From Alphaproteobacteria bacterium (GTDB lineage Bacteria; Pseudomonadota; Alphaproteobacteria; UBA2966), in assembly GCA_964291395.2 (NCBI GenBank), contig OZ219858.1, positions 1,184,001 to 1,248,000 of the forward strand: DNA of 64,000 nt. The letters are read 5' to 3'. The position numbers and the translations under genes are program-made. Positions 20,357-28,817 of this stretch are shown one piece after another. A model generated the notes under the pieces. It ran no database searches, had not been told where the DNA came from, and saw only the letters and a list, made by a program, of their open reading frames with translations. How positions within the stretch are numbered: position 1 is the first letter of the stretch; each line of letters begins with the position of its first letter.

Positions 20357-21607
20357 TTAGCTGCCCGGCACCTTGCGCGGAAACTCGACCGGATGCGACG
20401 CCCACTTGGACGGCGCCACCACGTTCAGCTTCCCGTCCTGGATCTGACGCAACACCATCGGCTTGGCGATGTTGTTGCCGGCTTCCGAGAACTTGATGTT
20501 GCCGTAGAAGGTCGACATGTTGGTTTCGGCAAGGGCCTGCCGCAGCTTCTCCGTATCGAAGCTCTGGGCCCGCTCGAACGCGTCCTTCCACACCATCACG
20601 GCCGCGGAGGCTTGGGCCGCCTGATAGGGCACGTTCTTGTAGCCATCGAACGTGGCCTTGAAGAGCTTGTCGTAATCAGCCGCCGAGCCGAACAGGTCGT
20701 CGCTGTAACTCAGCGTCTCGGCCCATTGCGTCGGGCACAGGAAACCGTCGGTCGCCGCACCGAAGTTCTTGATCACCTTCGCCGACTCGCAGTGAGTCAT
20801 GGCGATCATCGGCACGTCGATCCGCATTTCCTTGATCTGCCGGGCCGCCGTGGCAGCGCCCTTCGAATGTCCGGACACCACCAGAATGTCGGGCTTGACC
20901 GCCTTGACCTTGGTCAGTGTCGCCGACATGTCACTCAAGTCGCGAGGCAGCTTATCGTCGATCACGATCTGCATGCCGTACTTCTTTGCGTCGTCGACCA
21001 CGCCAGCCCGGACGTCGAGTGAGAACGGATCGTTCTCGAACGCCATGGCGAGTTTCACGTCCGACGGCTTACGGCCGTTCTTCTTGGCGATTTCGGCGGC
21101 GAGATCGATCGAGCTTGCGAGGTACTGTTCGGAGGTGGACAACACGGCGAACAGGTACCTGTAGCCCTGCGTGAACAGCGAGCGAGACGCGCCTTCGGCC
21201 TCCACCATCGGGATCTTGTATTTCTCGGTCACAGGCGCGACCGCCTTGGTCAAGCCAGACGAGTACGGGCCCAGCATGAATTTGACGCTATCCTGCTTGA
21301 TCAGGCGTTCGGCAAGCTGAGCGCCACGCGCCGGGGTCGATTCGTCGTCGTAGTACTTGACTTCCAGCTTGTACGACTTGTCGCCAACCTTCACGCCACC
21401 CGCCTTGTTGATCATGTCAACGGCAAGGTTATAGCCGTTCGAAGCATGGATGCCGTTAGTCGAGTATTTGCCGGTAAAGGAGATCGCCGAGCCGAGGACG
21501 ATCTTGTCTCCCTCGACCTTGGCATCCACCGGACCGGCCGTGGCCAGACCGACCGCAAACACGCCGGCTGCGGCGGTGGCCAGGGACACTTGTGGTGAAC
21601 GCTTCAT
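20357..21607 (-). CDS. amino acid ABC transporter substrate-binding protein (LivJ/K family)
   Basis: Signal peptide; motifs YYDDES and LGPYSSGLT; GGAGG RBS. Confidence 0.93.
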   Translation of the reverse strand: MKRSPQVSLATAAAGVFAVGLATAGPVDAKVEGDKIVLGSAISFTGKYSTNGIHASNGYNLAVDMINKAGGVKVGDKSYKLEVKYYDDESTPARGAQLAERLIKQDSVKFMLGPYSSGLTKAVAPVTEKYKIPMVEAEGASRSLFTQGYRYLFAVLSTSEQYLASSIDLAAEIAKKNGRKPSDVKLAMAFENDPFSLDVRAGVVDDAKKYGMQIVIDDKLPRDLSDMSATLTKVKAVKPDILVVSGHSKGAATAARQIKEMRIDVPMIAMTHCESAKVIKNFGAATDGFLCPTQWAETLSYSDDLFGSAADYDKLFKATFDGYKNVPYQAAQASAAVMVWKDAFERAQSFDTEKLRQALAETNMSTFYGNIKFSEAGNNIAKPMVLRQIQDGKLNVVAPSKWASHPVEFPRKVPGS

Positions 21608-21652
21608 CTTGATTTCCTCCCAAGTTGCCCAGGGTACGTTCCCATCCGCACC

Positions 21653-21668
21653 TTAATTCGACCTTAAC
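21653..21668. promoter_or_regulatory. CtrA-consensus box TTAA-N7-TTAAC
   Basis: TTAATTCGACCTTAAC ~50 bp upstream of the SBP start. Confidence 0.45.
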
Positions 21669-21832
21669 AAGAGTGAGGGCACGAATATCGAAGAATATCC
21701 TATTTTTCTCGGGTAGCGATGGAAAGCGCAATCCGTGGGCCCAAGAGACCCGAAAACAGACCGAAGACCGGTCGGTAGGCCGGCGAGAGAAGCCACAGTC
21801 GATCGGTCCCGGGAAGAGAGGAGGGGAGCGTT

Positions 21833-23030
21833 GTGACGGGAGAGGGGTCGGGCTCGAACGTGAATTCACCCGCCAACCGTTCCGGCGGCCCGCGGGCGCG
21901 GCTCTACACCATCCTCGAGTCGCCGGGAGACCGCGACCCGCTCAACCGGATCGTCGATGTCGGGTTGGTGCTGCTGATCGCCTTGAATGTCGGCGCCGTC
22001 GTTCTCGAAACGGTCGAAACCATCGGGAGGACCTACGCGGAACTCTTTTATGCCTTCGAAGCGCTGTCCGTTCTCGTCTTCACGGCGGAATACGGGCTCC
22101 GGGTCTGGGTGTCCGTCGAAAAGCCACAAGCCGCTCCCATCAAGCCATGCGTGCGGCTCCATGGTGACGCCGCTCTGATTGAGCCCTTCTATCTGGCGAC
22201 GTTTATCGGCATTGATCTCCGCTTCATGCGGCTTTTCCGGCTGCTGCGCATCCTCAAGCTGACGCGACATTCCGCGGCGCTCCATGGTGGGGACGGTAAT
22301 TTATTCGGAACGGCGGGCCTTGACCGCATCCGTGACGGTGATGCTCGTGCTTCTCGTGGTGGCTTCGGGACTCATGTATTTCGCCGAGCGGAGGGCTCAA
22401 CCGGAAGCCTTTGCCAGCATCCCGCACGCCATGTGGTGGGGCGTCGCCACGCTCACGACGGTGGGCTTTGGCGACGTCACGCCCGTCACGCCCGTCGGCA
22501 AGGTGCTCGGAGCCGTCGCGATGCTGCTGGGCATCGGCATGTTCGCCATGCCGGCGGGGATCCTGGCCTCCGGGTTCTCCCAGGAGATCAAGAGCCGTGA
22601 CTTCGTCATCGAGTGGCGGATGGTGGCCAAGGTCCCCGTCTTCGGCCGACTCGAGGCATCGCTGATCGCGGACATCGTCTCGATGCTGAAACCGCAGGTC
22701 GCCATCCAGGGAGAGGTCATCGTGCGGGAAGGCGAGCAAGCGGACTGCATGTATTTCATCGCATCGGGCGAGTGCGAGGTCGACGTCTCACCAAAACCCG
22801 CGGTCCTCGGTCCGGGCGACTTCTTCGGCGCGATCGAATTATTCAAACACGACCGCCGTCACGCCACCGTTCGCGCCCGCACGACATGCCAATTGTTGAT
22901 GCTGACGGGCGACGACTTCGACGATCTGCTCGGGCGTAGCGAAAACCTGAATCAAGCGATCATGCGGATTGTGAACGATTCGCCGAGTCATCAGGGCCAT
23001 CGAAAAATTGGCAACGATGCCAATGAATGA
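21833..23030 (+). pseudogene. cyclic-nucleotide-gated K+ channel (6TM + cNMP domain), frameshifted
   Basis: S4 RFMRLFRLLRILKLTR lies in one frame; pore TTVGFGD and the cNMP domain lie in another (22284-23030); additional disruption in S3 near 22160. Confidence 0.85.
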
Positions 23031-23155
23031 TCACCGCACCTGTCACATCACATGGTCGGCCGAAGATGGCGAGCATGTCGGTCTGTCCGCCGAATCTCCG
23101 TCGTTGAGCTGGCTTGCCCTTACCCCTGAAAAGACATTGGCCGGCATCGCTCGAT
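23023..23155 (+). pseudogene. HicB-like antitoxin N-terminal remnant
   Basis: MNDHRTCHITWSAEDGEHVGLSAESPSLSWLALTPEKTLAGI resembles the HicB N-terminus, then similarity stops. Confidence 0.65.
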
Positions 23156-23205
23156 CAGGGCGCGCGGGCTGGACTACGATTCATGAACCGAGCAGGAGGA
23201 TATCA

Positions 23206-23496
23206 ATGCCCAGGATGGCGCTCGCCGTGGAAATACCGGTTCGTCCCGAGCATCGCGACGCCTTCGAGGCCGAGCTTAAAGACCACGCGGCCAAGACGCT
23301 CGCCGGCGAAGAAGGCTGCATGCAATTCGATACCCATGCCTCGCTCGAGGATCCGAACCTGTTCTTCATCTACGAGGTGTACGCGGACGAGAAAGCGCTT
23401 GAAGCGCACCGCGCGAACCCACAGCTCGCCAGCTACCGAGAGGCGACCGCCGACATGGTGATCGAACGTCGGCTCAGGGAATGGTCGGTGCTCTGA
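23206..23496 (+). CDS. ABM-family (putative quinol) monooxygenase
   Basis: Motifs EEGCMQFD, FFIYEVY, LEAH; AGGAGG RBS before ATG 23206. Confidence 0.88.
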   Translation: MPRMALAVEIPVRPEHRDAFEAELKDHAAKTLAGEEGCMQFDTHASLEDPNLFFIYEVYADEKALEAHRANPQLASYREATADMVIERRLREWSVL

Positions 23497-23512
23497 CGGG
23501 GATGACGAACGG

Positions 23513-24127
23513 TCAGTAGAGCTTGGCGCGGTAGGCCTCTTCGACCGCGGCCTCCGCCACCTCGGGAGATTGCACGCCGGTCTGATCGGCCAGAATGCGC
23601 CCGAGGCTCGGAAAGGACTTGCGGTCGATGTGCCGCTCCGGATCCCAAAGCTTCGAGCGCATCAGCGCTTTGGCGCAGTGCAGGAACGCCTCGTCCACCT
23701 TGACGACGAGACCCGTCCTGGGCTGCTTGCCGTTGACGGAAAGCGGTTCCAGCAGGGAGTCATCCGTAGTGATCGTGGCCTTGCCGTTGACCCGCAACGT
23801 CTCGTTCATGCCCGGCACGAGGAAGATGAGGCTGACGTTGGGGTTCTCGACGATGTTCGACATCGAGTCGACGCGGTTGTTGCCGAGCCGGTCGGGGATC
23901 AACAGGGTTTCGTCGTCGAGCACCTGAACGAACCCCGGCGCATCCCCCTTCGGCGAACAGTCGGCCGAGCCGTCGGCGGCAGCCGTCCCCAGCACGCAGA
24001 ACGGCGAGAGGCCGATAAAGGCGCGGCAGTGCTCATCCAGTCTGGGCAATACTTTGTTGGCGGCGCGTACGTTCGGCTGCCCGTACAAGGTCCGCAGTTC
24101 GGCGGTATCGATGATCCGGTAGCTCAT
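23513..24127 (-). CDS. pyridoxamine 5'-phosphate oxidase-like FMN-binding protein (MSMEG_1061 family)
   Basis: Motifs DCSPKGDAPGFV, PDRLGNNRVDS, ETLRVNG, HCAKALMRSKLW. Confidence 0.9.
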   Translation of the reverse strand: MSYRIIDTAELRTLYGQPNVRAANKVLPRLDEHCRAFIGLSPFCVLGTAAADGSADCSPKGDAPGFVQVLDDETLLIPDRLGNNRVDSMSNIVENPNVSLIFLVPGMNETLRVNGKATITTDDSLLEPLSVNGKQPRTGLVVKVDEAFLHCAKALMRSKLWDPERHIDRKSFPSLGRILADQTGVQSPEVAEAAVEEAYRAKLY

Positions 24128-24267
24128 CGCTTCGTCTCCTTCCCTGCCAGTATCGCCCAAAACGGTGCAACCGCACAGAGGGGCATCCCCGATGCCGCGC
24201 CACGTTGCGACGATCGAGAGTTTAAGTGCTATGTGGCCCTCTGGTCCGTGTTCCTTTGAGGCCGCAT

Positions 24268-24294
24268 TGTCAATCGACTTTCAAGATTGACCCT
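24268..24294 (+). mobile_element. isolated IS21-family-like terminal inverted repeat
   Basis: TGTCAATCGACTTTCAAGATTGACCCT resembles TGTCAA...TTGACCC IS21 ends; no istAB in the window. Confidence 0.5.
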
Positions 24295-24495
24295 CTGGGT
24301 GCCTGTTGGCCCACCGGGGTAACCGAGCCGGGCGCGACCAGCCCCGAGGGGCCGCCCTTCGGGCAGATGGTCGCGCGGGTCGGGATTTCGAACGGACCCC
24401 AGGAAGGCCCGCCTGGCGGATCGACGCAGCCCACATCCCCCCGCGCGGTCCGGCGGGGGCGATTTTCGCGTTCGAGGGTTTGAGCCCTTCCTCCG

Positions 24496-25155
24496 CTAGC
24501 ACCCGTCTCGCGGGCCACATGACTCGGGCCGCTCTTCGCGGGCGCGGCCCCACGCGTTCCAGTGTGTCCGGTCGCGGGCGGGGAGGCGTGGCGCCGGACG
24601 GAACTGGTCTCCGGTGAAGTAAGCGATGGGAAGCAAGGCACCTTGCGTCATGCCGTCTGGGATTTCCAGGAGTGTCGCGGCTTCGCGCTCGTAGGTCAGG
24701 TGAAGAGAGGTCCACGCCGAGCCCACCCCTCGAGCGCGAAGCGCCAGCATCAACGACCACGCGGCCGGCAAAATCGACCCGTACATGGTAGCTTGGGCCA
24801 TTGGTGACGCATTCTCCACCCGCCCTTCGATGCACGGGATGACGTGCACGGGAACCTCGTGGAGGTGCTCGGCGAGGTAAGCGGACGACTCGAACACGCC
24901 CTGGCTATAGATCCCGCGCATGCGTTCCAAATGCGCGGCTGCTGCCTTCCTGTAAAGGTCGGCCAACCCCGCACGTTTTGCGGCGTCCGTCACCACAACA
25001 AAATGATACAGCCCCCGATTGCCGCCGTTGGGTGCCTGGAGCGCAATTTCGATACACCGCTCGATGACCTCGGGTTCGACAGGACGCGTTAGATCGAGGC
25101 GCCTGCGGACCGAACGGGTGGTGGTCAGGAGGTGGTCGACGGTGGCGAGGTCCAT
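24496..25155 (-). CDS. nitroreductase family protein
   Basis: Motifs LLTTTRSVRRRL, QAPNGGN, ALRARGVGSAWT. Confidence 0.9.
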   Translation of the reverse strand: MDLATVDHLLTTTRSVRRRLDLTRPVEPEVIERCIEIALQAPNGGNRGLYHFVVVTDAAKRAGLADLYRKAAAAHLERMRGIYSQGVFESSAYLAEHLHEVPVHVIPCIEGRVENASPMAQATMYGSILPAAWSLMLALRARGVGSAWTSLHLTYEREAATLLEIPDGMTQGALLPIAYFTGDQFRPAPRLPARDRTHWNAWGRAREERPESCGPRDGC

Positions 25156-25204
25156 ACCGCTTCTTCCCGGCGCTTGGGGTCATTGGTCGCGATCCCTACC
25201 GGCC

Positions 25205-25316
25205 GCGCGCGCAGCTCAGGTGGATAGAGCGCCCCGTTGTCGTGTGTGCGGAGAGAATGCCCGTCGCGACTGTATCGGCGGGGAGGTCGCGGGTTCAAGT
25301 CCCGCCGCCGTGTGCC
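25205..25316 (+). ncRNA. tRNA-like RNA with extended (42-nt) anticodon arm
   Basis: D arm GCTC-AGGTGGATA-GAGC; stem CCCCG/CGGGG; variable region AGGTC; T arm GCGGG-TTCAAGT-CCCGC; imperfect acceptor stem. Confidence 0.65.
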
Positions 25317-25353
25317 GCCCTCACCTTTCCTCGCTGCTACCCGCCCGCCCGCG

Positions 25354-25440
25354 ATGCGGAAGGCGCATCTACAAGAGAAGATAGCGTCGATGCGGGAGCG
25401 CAGGGAGGTGTTGGAGGATCATCGGCGGACGCTATGGAGG
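25354..25440 (+). mobile_element. transposase fragment (IS1182-like)
   Basis: HLQEKIASMRERREVLEDHRRTL resembles the helix preceding the SLTDPD motif of IS1182 transposases. Confidence 0.35.
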
Positions 25441-25692
25441 CGGGAGGTTGTTGTTGCTGCTGAACTCGGTCGGCGCCCCGCTCGCTCATATCGAAGTGGC
25501 TGATATCCGAAAATGGTGGATAACGGACCAGGGACGGGCGCCTGAGGGTGGAGCTGAAGTGAACGGCCCGCTCGGACAGCTCTATGGCGCGTTGCATGAA
25601 CCGATCCGCTTCCGTGGTCACGAGCAGTCTCCGATGATTACTCTTCAGCGGCCAGCGAGGACAGGGCGGCCCAGGGAGTCGGACACGAACAA

Positions 25693-26763
25693 TCACGGAC
25701 TCGAGCCGCCATACTCCAATACCGGATTTCGATAGACGGTGTGGTAGTGTCCCTGGCCGCCGCGGGCACCGCCGCCTGTCGAGAGGAGTTCGATGATCAC
25801 GGTGGGGCCTTGCACGATCATATAGGTAGGGGTGTTTACGTCGTTGGCGCCGGTCCAAGCGAAGGTTGTCCGATCCAGTTCGGCTTCAAGCGCTGCCAGT
25901 CGACGCTGAGCGTTCCTGGAAGGCTGAATCGAGACCCACTGATTTATGGCGGCCAGAAGCAGGCCCTTCTGGTTCGCGGTCATGTCGGCGGCGCTCACGC
26001 CGATCGCCGGAGGGACGACACCGTCTTTGCCGGGGCCGGTGAGCAGCTTGTCGGGCACCTCGCCGGCATCGGCCGAGGCCTTCTGCGCGGCGTCAAGTGC
26101 GTGGTAGAGCGCGTAACCTGCCCGATGCATGTCGACCACTACCTCGTACGCCACTCCGTCGTAGGAGAAGACTGCCGGCTCGGTGCCGATAAAGCTCGGG
26201 GACATGGAGATGATGCGGTTGCCTTCCACGGACAGGTTCAGCGCCAGGTGATGCCCGCCGAATTGCCATCCCCAGGGAGATGTCGCGGATGGGGTGCCAA
26301 AGAATGAGATCCAATAGTTCTCAGGCGACCAACTCCACAATCTGGCCGTCCAGGCATCGCTCAGAAAGGCTTCGGCGACCAGGGCGTCCATGACCCTGCG
26401 ATAGCCCGCCTCGCTGAGCGAGGACGTCAGGAAATCGAAGAGCAGCCTGCGCTGATTGTCCGACAGCTCGCCGATGGACATTCCGGCGCGCTTGACATAC
26501 CTGGCGGGAAGGTTGGACCAGCCCGCGCGCTCCTTGGCGTCGAGGTCGTACATGAGCTGCGCCCTGGTCGCCTCGTCGAAGCTGGCGAGAAACACTTGGG
26601 CGGCCTGCAGCGAGGCTGCGGCGCTGGCCTCGCCAAAAGGCGGATTGTACTCCGGGACCGGCACCAGTTCGGCATGTTCGTGGGTGGGCGCCTCATGCGC
26701 CAGACAAGGCAGAGCCAAGCTAAGCGCCAAAACCACCACAGCCAGGTACTGCAGTGTTTTCAC
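25693..26763 (-). CDS. DUF3500 domain secreted protein
   Basis: Signal peptide; motifs WSNLP, WGWQFGGHHLALN, PSFIGTEP, HYHTVYR. Confidence 0.85.
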   Translation of the reverse strand: MKTLQYLAVVVLALSLALPCLAHEAPTHEHAELVPVPEYNPPFGEASAAASLQAAQVFLASFDEATRAQLMYDLDAKERAGWSNLPARYVKRAGMSIGELSDNQRRLLFDFLTSSLSEAGYRRVMDALVAEAFLSDAWTARLWSWSPENYWISFFGTPSATSPWGWQFGGHHLALNLSVEGNRIISMSPSFIGTEPAVFSYDGVAYEVVVDMHRAGYALYHALDAAQKASADAGEVPDKLLTGPGKDGVVPPAIGVSAADMTANQKGLLLAAINQWVSIQPSRNAQRRLAALEAELDRTTFAWTGANDVNTPTYMIVQGPTVIIELLSTGGGARGGQGHYHTVYRNPVLEYGGSSP

Positions 26764-26891
26764 GAGAGTTCCTCCCTTTGTGCGGGTTTTCGGTGAGAGG
26801 CCGTCACAGGATCTGAAGAACTACAATCTCGACCCACACCGGAAAGATAACCCACAGGATGTACCAGCCGCGCGTTTCTCCTCCAACCAGG

Positions 26892-27195
26892 CTACATCTC
26901 GAGCAGCTTTTGGCCCGCCTTAGTCGGCGTGCCGTCCCGCATCACGTACATGTAGAGAAGGGACCGCGACACGCCGAGATGCTGCGCGAGAGCCTGGACG
27001 TCAGTCTCGCGGTCGGCCATGGCGCTCATCGCGATGCGCATCATCGCCTGGTCCATCTTGCGCGGCCGCCCGCCTGCGCGACCGCAAGCCCGGCTCTGGT
27101 GCGCTCGGCAATGAGCTCGCGCTCGAACTCGGCGAGCGACGCGAAAATCCCGAACACGAGCCGGCCGTTCGCTGTCGTGGTGTCGATCAGAGCTC
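26892..27195 (-). pseudogene. serine resolvase/invertase C-terminal remnant, frameshifted
   Basis: IDTTTANGRLVFGIFASLAEFERELIAERTRAGL in one frame, GGRPRKM and an HTH in another; catalytic N-terminus missing. Confidence 0.85.
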
Positions 27196-27333
27196 ACGGC
27201 GGGTCCTGGCCGATACCCGCGGCTCGTGAAACAGAATGGCCAAAAGTGTTCGAGGCCTACAGGAGGCCTCCGGACGATTGCCCCCTGCCGCCCGGTCATT
27301 CGTCATGACAGACGGGATGCCGGTCTTACAAGA

Positions 27334-27672
27334 TCAGGCGCCGAGAGAAGCAAGCGCCTCGGTCCTGGACGGATGAATGGAGATGATCCGGTCGAAACCG
27401 CTGATCTTGAAAACCTCCCGAAGCTCATCCGACAAGGCGCAGAGCGCGAACCGGGCATCCCGACTTACAACCCTCCTGGCGATCAGGAGGACGACGCGGA
27501 GACCCGAGCTGCTGATGTAGGAAAGATTCCCGAAATCCATCATCACGCCGCGGTCGTTTTCCTCGATCGCGGCTCTGGCCGTTTCCTCGAACGCCGCGGC
27601 GTTGGAACCGTCGACGCGTCCGCTCACCAGGAGCGACAAGATGTCGTCCTGCCGGTCTGTTTCAATTTCCAT
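27334..27672 (-). CDS. STAS-domain anti-sigma factor antagonist
   Basis: Motifs GRVDGSNA, LSYISSSGLRVVL, EVFKISGF. Confidence 0.9.
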   Translation of the reverse strand: MEIETDRQDDILSLLVSGRVDGSNAAAFEETARAAIEENDRGVMMDFGNLSYISSSGLRVVLLIARRVVSRDARFALCALSDELREVFKISGFDRIISIHPSRTEALASLGA

Positions 27673-27695
27673 CGCTTTGCTTCTCCCCAGTTCTG

Positions 27696-27941
27696 TCAGC
27701 CGCCCTCCACGGGGGTATCCGGCACCCGTCGCGGCTTCCTGAGGAAGGGCGGCAGGTCGAGCGGATGAGCCACGTCGCTTCCGAACGGTGAATTTCTCCA
27801 ATGCCGCCAGTAGACCTCGCGCTCTTCCGGCGTCATCCGCTCCGGCGCCCCACAAGTCTCCATGGGCATTTTCTTCCGCCCACGGCGGCTGACGGCGACC
27901 CCGCGGGTCGCGATCTCGCAGTTCATGTCTGTGCCGCTCAC
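27696..27941 (-). CDS. small hypothetical protein
   Basis: 81-aa ORF overlapping the upstream stop, within a co-oriented cluster. Confidence 0.45.
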   Translation of the reverse strand: MSGTDMNCEIATRGVAVSRRGRKKMPMETCGAPERMTPEEREVYWRHWRNSPFGSDVAHPLDLPPFLRKPRRVPDTPVEGG

Positions 27942-28120
27942 CGCGCCTCCTCGACCTCTGGAGGATCTCCACCGGCCCGACCTTCGCTCTCCCCGGACTT
28001 GCCTCCGACCGCCTGCGGTTTCCGTTTCCGGGCCCGGGCTTCCAGCCGCGCCGCCTTCTTCTCGGCTTTCGCGAGTTCCCGCTGGCGCTTTTCGAAACTG
28101 TAGTTCGACCTTCGGGGCAA
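27938..28120 (-). CDS. small basic coiled-coil protein of the type often found next to csp genes
   Basis: Sequence NYSFEKRQRELAKAEKKAARLEAR; GAGGAG RBS. Confidence 0.65.
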   Translation of the reverse strand: MPRRSNYSFEKRQRELAKAEKKAARLEARARKRKPQAVGGKSGESEGRAGGDPPEVEEAR

Positions 28121-28151
28121 TACGCGCGCTCCTCGGTGTTCAGGTGGGGCG

Positions 28152-28361
28152 TCAGCCGGCGAGCGCGAGGTTCTCGGCGGACGACTTGCCGTCCCGGCCG
28201 GGCACGACCTCGAAGGACACCTTCTGCCCTTCGTTCAATGTGCCGAGACCGGCCCTCTCCACGGCGCTGATATGGACGAACACGTCCCGAGAGCCATCCT
28301 CGGGCTCGATGAACCCGTAACCCTTGGCCGGGTTGAACCACTTGATAGTACCTGTAGCCAT
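28152..28361 (-). CDS. cspA: cold-shock protein (CspA family)
   Basis: Motifs GTIKWFN, KGYGFI (RNP1), DVFVHISA (RNP2). Confidence 0.95.
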   Translation of the reverse strand: MATGTIKWFNPAKGYGFIEPEDGSRDVFVHISAVERAGLGTLNEGQKVSFEVVPGRDGKSSAENLALAG

Positions 28362-28817
28362 GATCGCTTTTCCTCTCACGACAGTTGAGCGAGGCGCCGC
28401 CTCATGCGGCGCCCCTGAAAAACGTTCACAATGTCGGGGAAGAAACCTGGCCGCCCGTTCGCGCGGGCAATCGGTTAAGCAACAACGACTTGGTAACGCG
28501 GGGTGAACCATACACGCACAATCCGTGCGCGCAAGCGCCCTCTTTCCCTTCTACGGACGCATTCGGGCAAGCGACCGGCCCGCCAGGGCCGGTCGCGTAT
28601 CAGGATACGAAGAATGCCAGCGCGATGATTGCTATCAGCACGGCGGATACCGTGACGATGGCTCAGTGGCCAACGCCCATTCTTCTCGGCAGGGTCATGA
28701 TTGTCTCGGAATCTGGCGAGACGGCCGACCGCTGGCTCGATGGGCTGGACAAGAGCACCGCGCGATAGCGGGCGGGGTTTCGCGCCCCAGCTACCCGGCG
28801 GGATCACCCATTGGAGG

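Noticed and set aside
25205-25316. Functional tRNA, tmRNA or group I intron-containing tRNA
   Set aside because: No 7-nt anticodon loop, C at position 8, no tag ORF, and the insert is far too short for a self-splicing intron; kept only as a tRNA-like ncRNA
27334-28341. 335-aa ORF suggesting a long STAS fusion
   Set aside because: The upstream part is an off-frame read through csp and the small ORFs; the STAS protein starts at 27672
28590-28699. Small membrane protein on the minus strand (MTLPRRMGVGH*AIVTVSAVLIAIIALAFFVS)
   Set aside because: Interrupted by a TGA with no SECIS evidence; too short to assign
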